From NCBI GenBank assembly GCA_944384405.1, contig CALWTH010000041.1, forward strand, positions 65,394 through 129,393: a DNA stretch of 64,000 nt, written 5' to 3'. Origin of the DNA: an uncultured Clostridia bacterium. GTDB lineage: Bacteria > Bacillota > Clostridia > Christensenellales > UBA1242. The translations under genes were made by a program, and so were the position numbers. Shown here in pieces: positions 7,721 to 18,400 of this stretch (the first letter of the stretch is position 1; each line of letters starts with the position of its first letter). The notes below the pieces were generated by a model. That model was given only the letters and a program-made list of their open reading frames with translations, made no database searches and was not told the DNA's origin.

Positions 7721-7725
7721 ATGAT

Positions 7726-7801
7726 TGGAGCTGATGACGGGACTTGAACCCGTGACCTCTGCCTTACCAAGGCAGTGCTCTACCTGCTGAGCTACATCAG
7801 C
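7726..7801 (-). tRNA. tRNA-Thr (anticodon GGT), CCA encoded
   Basis: Hand-folded 76 nt. Acceptor GCTGATG/CATCAGC (perfect). D arm GCTC-AGCAGGTA-GAGC. Anticodon arm CTGCC-TTGGTAA-GGCAG. T arm ACGGG-TTCAAGT-CCCGT. Ends TCCA. Confidence 0.9.
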
Positions 7802-7863
7802 ATAGCTCCAAAATGGAGTAAATATTAAGTTGTAATTGTGGTAAAAATAGTGCTTTTCTTGTC

Positions 7864-7901
7864 TTACCAAGCGCGTGCGCTACCTACTGCGCCACGTTAG
7901 C
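7864..7901 (-). pseudogene. 5' fragment (positions 1-38) of a second, different tRNA-Thr(GGT)
   Basis: GCTAACG-TG-GCGC-AGTAGGTA-GCGC-A-CGCGC-TTGGTAA is then followed by unrelated sequence. There is no 3' anticodon-stem strand and no T arm. Confidence 0.75.
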
Positions 7902-7911
7902 AAACAAATTG

Positions 7912-7940
7912 AGTGTATCAAATTATTGATACATTGTCAA
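7912..7940 (-). promoter_or_regulatory. Sigma-A-like promoter upstream of the tRNA-Thr fragment
   Basis: Minus strand TTGACA (7940-7935), 17-nt spacer, TACACT (7917-7912), about 10 nt before the fragment 5' end. Confidence 0.55.
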
Positions 7941-7948
7941 TTGTTTTA

Positions 7949-9415
7949 TCATAACAAAGGCGAGAAAAGTCTTAGTATTGCTTGGAACAATTTACTTGCA
8001 AAAAACTTCCGATTAAAATCCTGTAGCGTAACGAGTTTACTGTTTTTTATGTCATTTTCAAAAATTTCAGCGTTAGAATTTACAAACTGTTTGTCATATA
8101 AAAGTGTAGTTAATTCAAAATTAAGTGCAAACGAGCGATTATCTGCGTTACAAGTACCAATCGAAACACAAAGGTCATCAACAAGTAGTGTCTTTGAGTG
8201 CAAAAAACCATTATAAAAATAAACTTCAATACCCGCGTCCAAAAGTTGTTTAACATATGACAATGTTGCATAATAAACTGTTCTTTTGTCGGGCTTTCCT
8301 GGAATCATAACTTTGACATCGACCCCTGTCTTTTGGGCTATTATAAGTGACTTTAAAAACATTTCATCAGGGATAAAATATGGAGTTTGCAAATATATTC
8401 TTTTTTGCGCAAAAGATATCATTCTAAGATAAGCATCTTCAATAAACCTTTGACTGTTTTCTGGTCCACTTGTAACAACTTGAGCACCAATTGAACCTAC
8501 TTCTTTTAATGAAGACTCCAAAAAATAGCCTTCTTTAACAAGTTGCTGAGCGTTTAAACGCTGTTTTTTTACACATCTAAAATCATTAAAAAATATATTT
8601 TGCAAATCCCACACCGCCGGTCCTTCAATCCTTATATGAGTATCACGCCATGGAGAAAGTCGCTTTTTCTTGCCCATGTGGTCATTTCTTAAATTAATTC
8701 CACCGGTATAACCGATTTTTCCATCGATTACAACAATTTTTCTATGATTGCGATAATTTACCTTAAAGTTAATTAATCTTATTCCCATAAATGGTGGAAA
8801 AAACTCCGCAACTTCTCCACCTGCTTTTTTTAGTTTTCTAAAAAATCTGCGTGGTGCTTTGAGAGAACCAACACTATCATATATGAGTTTAACTTTTACC
8901 CCCTCGCGTGCTTTTTGACATAAAATTTGCATTATCTCTTTGCCTGTTTGATCATCATCAAAAATATAATATTCAATATTTATATTGTTCTTAGCACTTT
9001 TTAAATCATTTTTTAAACTTTCAAGTTTTGATGGTCCATCAGTGAACACCTGCACCTTATTCCCTATTGAAAACACATTGCTGTCATTTGACTTAACAAA
9101 CTTAATAAGTTTATAAGCATAGTCATATTTCTCATTTTTTGCACGTAGTTTATCAAAATTTATGCGTTGCCAAGAAATAAATTGCAAATAGTCTTGTGTG
9201 TATCTTCTTTTTCGGCGTATATAGATTCTTGTTCGTATACTAAGTCCACCACCAAATAAAATATACAGGAAAAAGCCAACATAAGGAAAAACTGCCATTA
9301 TGGCAAACCAACCAAACACGCTTTGTGGCTGTTTTCTTTCAACAAATATCATAACAAGCAATAGTAGCAAGTTTATTGCATATGAAACTATCAAAACTAT
9401 TGTACCAACCGGCAT
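7949..9415 (-). CDS. cls: Cardiolipin synthase
   Basis: Two N-terminal TM helices and two HKD motifs (HRKIVVIDGKIGYTGGINL and LHSKTLLVDDLCVSIGTCNADNRS). AGGAG RBS. Confidence 0.9.
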   Translation of the reverse strand: MPVGTIVLIVSYAINLLLLLVMIFVERKQPQSVFGWFAIMAVFPYVGFFLYILFGGGLSIRTRIYIRRKRRYTQDYLQFISWQRINFDKLRAKNEKYDYAYKLIKFVKSNDSNVFSIGNKVQVFTDGPSKLESLKNDLKSAKNNINIEYYIFDDDQTGKEIMQILCQKAREGVKVKLIYDSVGSLKAPRRFFRKLKKAGGEVAEFFPPFMGIRLINFKVNYRNHRKIVVIDGKIGYTGGINLRNDHMGKKKRLSPWRDTHIRIEGPAVWDLQNIFFNDFRCVKKQRLNAQQLVKEGYFLESSLKEVGSIGAQVVTSGPENSQRFIEDAYLRMISFAQKRIYLQTPYFIPDEMFLKSLIIAQKTGVDVKVMIPGKPDKRTVYYATLSYVKQLLDAGIEVYFYNGFLHSKTLLVDDLCVSIGTCNADNRSFALNFELTTLLYDKQFVNSNAEIFENDIKNSKLVTLQDFNRKFFASKLFQAILRLFSPLL

Positions 9416-9432
9416 AATTTCTCCTTTTAATC

Positions 9433-9459
9433 AAAAGGTGGAAACATTTTCCACCTTTT
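9433..9459 (-). terminator. Hairpin between giant gene 1 and cls (possibly partial terminator)
   Basis: Perfect 12-bp stem AAAAGGTGGAAA-cat-TTTCCACCTTTT. The U-run is short. The cls RBS follows within about 15 nt. Confidence 0.5.
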
Positions 9460-9483
9460 GAAATATTGTTAGTTTTTTGAAAA

Positions 9484-12400
9484 TTATACATTTATTGTTA
9501 TAGTGTTTGTATATAGCACAATTTCTTGTTGTGGCGTTTCGGTACTACTTAAATTGTCATAAATCGCAATGTAAAATTTAATAATAACATTAATTTCGGT
9601 TATATCACTTGACGAATCACCTGACGAATCATTTGACGAATCACTTGCTAATAACATTAATGAGTAATTACCATTATCATTTATCAGTAAAACATTTTGG
9701 TCATCACATGTAGCACTAATAAATATATCATCTACGCTCACACTATACATATTTGATAGCAAGGTGAATATGTTTGTATAATTTTCATCTTTTATTCTGG
9801 TTGAAGTGTATGTTATATCATCACCTTCTGTTACATTAATTGTCAAGCCCTCTTGTTCATCTTTATATAAGAACGAGAACTTAAATTCTTGTCTATTGCT
9901 ATCAATACCATATTCAATAACCAAAGATATTATCTTGTTGTTATATGCTGAAAAATCCATTGAGGTAATTAAAATACCATCTGAAACAAATTCAAGATTT
10001 AATCCATTATTTGATTTTCCATTGATATAGAATGTAGCGGAAGGATTTGTTGATATTGAACTAAATGGATAATCGTCAATATCATCAACAGTACTGATGT
10101 AAATAAATTTAGTTGTTTGACTTTCTTGTGACTCATCATCTACAAATGTCTGCACTTCGTTATAGCCAAAAACTTTTACGTCAGAAAAATCAATAAGATT
10201 ATTGTTTACAAAGTTAGTTGTGCTTTGTCCTGCCTGCATAATCAAAGATGATTCTCCAATAATTTTATCAGTACTTGCATATGTATTTACAGTTATTGTT
10301 CCATAGACTGTCCCTGAAATTGTGTCATCATTTTGTGACAGGTTGTTACCTATGGTGTAAGTAAATGTTGTAACAATTCCATTTGTCACTTTTGAATAAA
10401 CAACATTTTTGGAACCTACTAAATAATTGTAACTACCAGATTCAGACTCCAAATCAAATATCTTTGCTCCAGAATCTATATTACCATAAATGTTTCTAAG
10501 TTTAATTTTAGGAAGTAACATTTCAAATACTGCACCTTCATCACCTGAAGAAATAGATTCATACATTGAACTTGATACAAGGCTATTTGCAGTGTATCTA
10601 CTGTCAACAAGAGTGATATTATCAATTCTCACTCCTGTATCGTTGTCACCTTGCAACTTGACAATTAGATAGACATTAGATACATCGTTGTTAAATGTTA
10701 TTGAATCATTGCCAAGGCCAAGATTAATCACGCCCAAACTTAAGTCTTGATTTGCAGAGTCATAAATATCTATGGTTGTATTAGGAAAACGATATTTTAT
10801 ATCATCACCAGTGTAGACATTTGACTTTCCATCTGAAATGTTAAGCATTTGAACAATATCATTTGTCAATATTTTGTAAGTATTTGAAGCACCATCTTGA
10901 ATTCTTGGCAACATTGGAACATTGACCACAATCGAATATGTTGCAGAGTTTGCGTCAGAGAAATATAATCTTAATGTATCAATATATTCAAAGTTGTTGC
11001 GAGCTTGACCATAAATTGTATATATGTCAAGCATAATATAGTTCGTATCCAAATTGAATCCTGGCAAAAGTGTAATTTCGCCTGTGTCCGCATCAACTAC
11101 GACATATTGACTGCCTGTTGATTGTGCTGTATTAAGGTAATATTTAAAATCACCACTATTATTGCTAAGTGTTGTGTCATCTGAAGCAACAAATGATGTT
11201 GCTGACGTGTAACCTGCCACGAGTGTGAATGGCCTATATGTTGTTCCTGCCCATACATTTATACTAATATTATTATTATTAACTGGATCATATGAATTTA
11301 GCACGACATCTTTTGCTTGTTCTGAACCATATGCTTGTGTTGAATCAATATCAATATACTTCAATGTTATCCAAATTTCTGGACTGAATTTTTCAACTGC
11401 CTTTTTAGCCACTCCATTGACAAAACCATAATTGACTTTAACATTTATAGCGCTTGGAGCGTACTTAATGTTCAAACCATCATTACTGATTAAGAATTCT
11501 GCATCACTTGGTATGTATTTTGTCATGCTATATGTATCAGTATCGACAACATCTTGACTACCGGAAACGCTTTCAAACTCAATACCTTTAAGTTGTGCCC
11601 ACTGTTTTACACTTAAACCATTAATAATAGTTCTTTCACCATTTGTGTAAAGTGAAACTTTTTCTCCACGAGCACTATTTATAACTCCAAGTTCACGAAG
11701 AGAATAGGTTACCCTTGAATTAGTATTTGAATCCAAACTAACATTACGCACTTCGCCAGCCTCATTGACAAAGTATACATTCAACTGAGAATTATTTTCC
11801 ATTTGTCTTAAACCAATTGACAAACTTTGGTCAGATATGATGTAACTGCTGTTTATCCTGATTGTATACTGTTCATTCACATCCACTGCTGCGTCTTCAC
11901 GATAAGTGTAATAAAACGTTGCATCTTGTGAAACACTTTTGTAGCCTGAACTTGTTTCTGAAGATAAATAATATGTAGTTAAAGTTTTTCCGTTGTAATA
12001 AGAGAAAGAGTGCTCATCTGTGGAAATCTCAGATAGTTCATTGTTCTCATACTCATAATTTGTAACAATATAAGTTATTTGGAATTGATAGTTACTAATA
12101 TCTGTTATATCAAATATATCTTCAATTGAAATGTATACAGAAGATGAACTATTGATAGGAACTGTTTCTGTTATGACCTGATTATTTTGCAGATTTTTTG
12201 CTCTTATAATCAAAGACAAAACATTATACACACTATCCAAATAAACTTTTTGATTTCTTGAATTTAAAATGGTGTAATCAAAGTAAATTGTGTGCGAGTC
12301 TTTTAAACTTCTTTCTCCAACCGTATAGTTTTGACTATTGTCAACAACATCAACAACATCAAGCAAACTAAATGGAACGCCATCTCTTACATATGGAGTA

Positions 12401-15400
12401 TCAGTTGTTGTTAAACTATATCTTTCAAGAATTGTCGTTGGAATTTGAATATCAATTTGATATCCGCTTTCGTCTTTTGCACTTATCGATAATATTCCTG
12501 ACAACCTGCCACCAACAAAATAAACATAGTCAATCATGTCAATATTAAAGTAAACTGAGTTGGAGTCACTAATAAGGTCTGTTTTTATTAATTGCTCACC
12601 ACTATCTGTTGTGAATTTTGCAGTCCAATTACTACTAAAGTCAGTAAGTTTCAAATCAGGAATACCAGAATCACGAGGTGTGAAAGTAATAGGTATTGTG
12701 TGGTTATAATTATTTGTTGTTGTTCCTCTATCAACAAGAGCAACTGAATCTAGTTCAAATGGAGTTAGTGAACTTGTGCTGGATGTAACATTGTATTGAG
12801 CGACAATTGTGACATAATAAACAATTTTATATCCATAAGCATCAGTTAATACAATATCAACATTTCTATTGCCATATTTGATGTCTGTAAATTTGAAGGC
12901 AAGGTCATAGTTTTGCTCAGTTTGCTGGAATTGAAGCACATATTCGCCACCTTGGTTATATTTTACATTAAACAAAGGTGCAACATTGCCTATCTGATTT
13001 TGATTTTCATTTTTGTGTTGAATATAAATGAAGTTGTCAATAGGTTCTTCACTTCCCCAATGGGCAAAAATTATATAATCAACAAAATTATAATCGCGAA
13101 TCAAGTTTCTATTTGATTCAGAGTTTTCTGTTCCGTCTGAATTTTTCAATGACTCATTTTCGTAGTCGTGACTTACAACAAATGTAAATGTGAAATCTTT
13201 TATTATTGAACCATAAGAAACTGTCAAAACAAGTTCCACCGTCACAGAAGTCTCTTTTGGAGAACCATAAGCCATAAAGTTATAGTCATAGTTATATCCT
13301 TCGCCCTCAGCAGCGGTGTATCTTAAATATCCAGTGTTGGTTATAAGATTTTGATATTCAGGATTTGTTGCTCTATATGAAATTGTGCCTTCAATATTTA
13401 AACTTAACCCTGTACTTGAAAAATCCGAATCGACATAATATGTTCCATTTGAACTTCTCTTCATGTTTATAAGGCTAACATAATTTGCATTGTTATTTCC
13501 TATTCCATTATGAAGAACACTTGTATTTTGACCTGCCGATAATTCAATATTTTCTGAACTTTCAAATTCAATATCAAAGCCATAGTTTACATAATAAGTA
13601 CCTATTGACGTACCATTTGAAACGCTTTGTCCATTTCTTGAATTAACATATATTGATTTTGCTATTAACTGTTCTTGTGTTAAAGCATCTTCCCCAGTTG
13701 TTTGTTGCAAAGAACAATTAGTTCCACTAAGTAAACCATATGTCTTAAAGAAATCAATGTTGTTATATTGCGTTGTAACTGATGCACCATCACCAAATGA
13801 TGTGACAGTCCTATATGAAAGGAGAATTCTTGATTCAAAAGATACCTCTATATTATTCCATGTGTCGTCGGTTATGATAACTGGGACATATTCCCCTTCC
13901 TGAGAAAGTTCGCATATTTCCCACTGAACACCAGTGTCACTTGAAACAAAGTTTGTCATGTCTGAAACGCTTAATGATGTTAGTGTTGCAAACAATGAAA
14001 TTTGGTCACCTTGAGATCCTTCTGCCATAGTTACATAGTCTGCTTCTGCTATGACACCATTTATCATTATCGGTCTTATATATTTTGTTGTTGAAAGGTC
14101 AGCATTTTCTGGGACTGTGAGTGTAAGACGGATTTTTGTAAGCAAGTCATCATTTGAAGCAATATATATGTTTTCTGGGTTATTTGAATTATTGTTTGAT
14201 GAATCAGTGTTATAGTTAAATCCTGCAAATCCATAGATGTTGTTCATAACCACAACATTATAAACACCAACTGGGATATATGTTTTATCATCAAGAGATT
14301 GATCACCAAGAGAATAATATAGTCCAAATTGAAGACTTAAGCCATCATAAACACTTAAACCTTCACTGCCCTGAATATTAAACACAGTGCTTAGAGCGTA
14401 ATATTCATTTCCAACATTTGCACCATCAACATAAACATATTCTGAGCCACTGCCAACTTGAACATAGATATGTTGTTCATGCTCAGCATCTTCGCTTTGA
14501 ACTTCAACACGTGCATTATCTGCTAAATCTGCAACATCTGCAAGTGAAATAATATTTTGGGCATTTTCTGATGAATCAAACCAATATGACTCTGCAACAC
14601 TGACAACGCCATCGTTTGGCAATGGATAATTTGTGATAATGGTGAAGTTAGATGAAAGTGTGAATTTGAAATATGAACTCATCACCAGTACATCATCACT
14701 ACTTACGGTGTTATAATATGAGATTCTAAATGACAATTCGGTCACATTTGCCACTTCACTTATATTTAGTTGAACAACATAATGGTTATTTTCATTTAAT
14801 ACAACACTTCCTGAAAAGTCACCATAAACATTTTGAGTAATTAGTTCAACGTTAAATCTACCAAGTCCATTGTCCACAACATTTTTATACCAAGCATCAA
14901 AGTCATCGCCTGCAAAATCAAATAAAGATGACAAAATGTCGACATTTTGAATTTCACCTGCTTTAACTCCATAAACTGGCAACATGTTATTTTGAGAAAT
15001 TTGTTGGTTATTTGTTGACGAAACTTTTAATGTTGACTTGATTTTTAAATTAAAATCAAAATTGTATGCAACATTTTGCGTGCCATCAGTAAATTCAAAC
15101 CTTATTTTTGTAACAACATTTGTATCTTCTGTGACAAGTCCAATATTTAGACTTTTTGCCGCATCATCATAGTACAAAGCCGAATTTTGTGTAACAATTT
15201 CAACTATAATATTATCAAAATCATTGAATGTTTCACCTGTATCTTCTTTGACAATTTCAAATGTATTAGCAATATCAATAATATTGCCCGAAATAATTTC
15301 GTATGTGCCTGCTGTAGTTTCAACAAGTCCTGATGTGTTTGTTTCAACAATATTTATTTTATAATTTGAAAGAACATATAATCTTACAACATCTAGAACC

Positions 15401-18400
15401 CCATATTTTGTATAGAATACCATGTTGGTATTCCAATTTTCTGTTGTGTCATCAGCATATAGCGTCATTGTATCATAGTCAATATAAGCATTTTGACCTT
15501 GAATATTAGTTGCAACAATATAATAATTCAAAAGATTATTTGCTGATGTTTCGCCAGATGATGCATTGAAACTTATTGATAGAGAATACATTCCTTCAAG
15601 CAAAAGTCCTTCATCGCCTGCTTTTAAATTGATATCTTCAATATTAGTTGATGAAACACCCTCTTGTGTACGCTGAACAAAAGTGAATGTAGGTATTTCG
15701 CCAACACTTAAATAATAATATGCTTCAAGTCCGCTTGCAGTGGTCATACCCACCTTGACTCTAACATATTGAGCACCATTTCGCCTTATTGTCACAACAC
15801 CTTCCGAAGAAACTTGTGCATACTGAGAAACATTTGTTGCTGTGAACCAATCATAGAAATAATATGCAACTTCTGAAATTGTGAATGTCAATTTAGAATA
15901 TGGAGTTAGTTCTGTTTGTGGAATAAATGTTCCATCTTTGAGAGTTCCAATGACAATTCTTTGGTTATATTGATAGTTTGGAATTAAACTATCAAATCTA
16001 GCAAGAAGATCAGCGCTTGCATTGCCACTATCATCAAAACTTAAATACTCCATATCGTATGTCACATTCTTAACATCGCCATGAAGTGCAGTCCCTGTTA
16101 TGTTCCCATTTGCCGAATATGTCATCATGTATGGATAATAAATGTGAACATCAAGCATTTTTTCTATTTTAATTAAATAAGGAACAACTAAACTGGTGTT
16201 AGCCAAGTTTAATTTTGCCTCAGCAATAACAAACGTACCATTTCCACCAACAGGTTCAACAAACAATATTCCATTTTCAAAATGAGCATAAATATTTAAG
16301 TCACTATCATCTATATTTTTAACAGATAAAATAGAATTTTTTAAATATCCTGATAGCCCATATTGCTGCGTTTGTTCATCTATAAAAATATTGTAACCTT
16401 GAGTGTCGTATTCGGAAATTGTGTAGTAAAGTCCATTGTCCATAACCCATTCGATGTCAAGCAAGTCGCGAAGGTCATATTCCTGCCCAGCAATTTGATT
16501 TGGATAAATTACATATGGCAAATCAAAAGGAAGAAGCAATATGTTGAACGTGATGCTATCGCCATTACTTAGCACAAGTTGTGCAGTGTTTCCTGTTATT
16601 AGGTTGTTATTCACACCTTGAATAGTAATAGTGTCACCTTGGACAGTAATTTCATTTGTGTTTTCTATATTAAGTTTAGATGAAATTTGTGCTGTGCTGT
16701 TTTGTGCTTGTGAAATTGTGAAAGCCTGTATGATTTCATCAGAAGTGTATTGTTCGCCGTTTACAAACTTAAGATAATACTCACCATCATAAAGCACCCA
16801 CATTGTGCTATCTTGATTACGTGTTATATTTGGACGAAGAGTTAATGTTATTTCATATGTCTTTCCGTCAGATGTCAAAACATCAACGCCATTATATGTA
16901 ACTATTAGTTTAATGGTTGCACTATTTTGAATATTTGCAAGACTATAAATTATAAATTCATCTTGATTGCCATTTCTTTGAATAACATAATCGTGAGAAT
17001 AACTATCGTCAACAAATTTAAAACCGATTTGAGAATAATCAATGTCAAAGTTTACATTGTCAGAGTTATGAATTCTACTTATGCCAAGTGGTGCGTTTTG
17101 TGCTCCCAAAAGCGTTGCACTACCATAATAACGGTTTGTGTTATTGATTGTGTCAAAAGCAACATCAAGCAAAATTTCATCACTAGATTGTGTAACCATG
17201 ACGTTTGGATTTATATAAAGATAAAGCGAACTTGATGCATCAACACTTGCATTTGTTAGCAAGTCATTTTTTTCAAGTGCAAGCATAACGCGCCTATATC
17301 CGTTATCTTTGTTTAAAGATTTAAACACTATATAAGCATCATAAATATATTCAAAAGTAGAGCCATCAAGTCTATTAACGGAATTGTTAGTAACTTCTCC
17401 ATCTGTCGATTCAAAGCTTTCTATATAAGCATTTGCGCCTGTATCTGTTGTTGTTAGTAAAAGCCTATCACCTAGTTCGCCGTTTTCATCATATTCGTAT
17501 AGATATAACGAATACGATGAATTGTCGACAAGGAAATTTTCAGAGCCTGTGCCGGCATGATAGTTGAGCATAAATCTAACATGATAAAGTGAATCGGCAT
17601 AAACACCGCTATATATCACATTTCCAACACTAGAAATAGGTTCAACATCATAATTGTTATCATATGGATTTAAAGCAGTGGAAACATTGCTTGCTATATC
17701 AAGTACTACTATCTGTGAAATTCCAAGTGCAGCAACTGTTATATTAAGTTGTAAACCAAATGGCTTACCAAAATCTTTTAGAATAGATATGGTGCTAAGA
17801 TTTGATGCAGTGCCACCAAAGTTAACATAACCTTCTAAAGTTGTGATGTCTTGTTCATTGACAAGTGCAATATTCATAAGATTTGTAAGATATCCACTTT
17901 GTGTGTTTGATGAATAATAATATGTCAATAGGTTGACTTCACCTGCCGTTGTTGATTTTAAATTGATTATTGAGCCTGCGTATCCAACTATTTGAACAGA
18001 AAGCTGAGCAAAATCATATGGTACAGTTGAAAGATCTGTGCTATATTCTTGCACTGAACTTTTGGTGTATGGATTTTCGGCACTCTCTACCAATTTATCA
18101 ACTCTTGAAACATAGCCATCTTGCTCACAACTAAAATATAATGTGTCTTTGATTGTTCCTTCTGCGTCACGGAGATAAACTTCAACATCTCCCGCACCAT
18201 TAAATGTGAAGGAATTGTTTGAAACGGTTAATATTGATGTGTTTGAACTTTCAAGAGTATAATTACTTGAAATTGGCAACTTTCCGTATTTGTCATGAAG
18301 TGTTATTGCAAGGGTTGAATAATCAACTTCTCCAAGGTCGCTTGTTTCAAAAAGCATACCACTAACATCATGCCCATTAACCATGTATGATGTATTTATG

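Larger units (their letters stand above)
5165..7725. mobile_element. Decayed integrative island remnant abutting the 3' end of tRNA-Thr
   Basis: Integrase fragment at one end and the tRNA 3' end at the other. Between them are truncated or fused genes, an orphan toxin-like cassette and iterated TTGACACCTA sites. No second att repeat found by eye. Confidence 0.45.

Noticed and set aside
493-7725. The whole segment between the two inward-facing tRNAs (Asn and Thr) as one genomic island.
   Set aside because: No repeat of either tRNA 3' end was found by eye in any intergenic region. The segment contains a normal-looking glmM operon. The two integrase sequences are different. It is better treated as a lone integrase at tRNA-Asn plus a separate decayed remnant at tRNA-Thr, but I cannot exclude a composite island.
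5165-7725. Intact prophage.
   Set aside because: No capsid, tail, terminase or lysis genes are present. There are only fragments of integrase, HNH and DUF genes in 2.5 kb.
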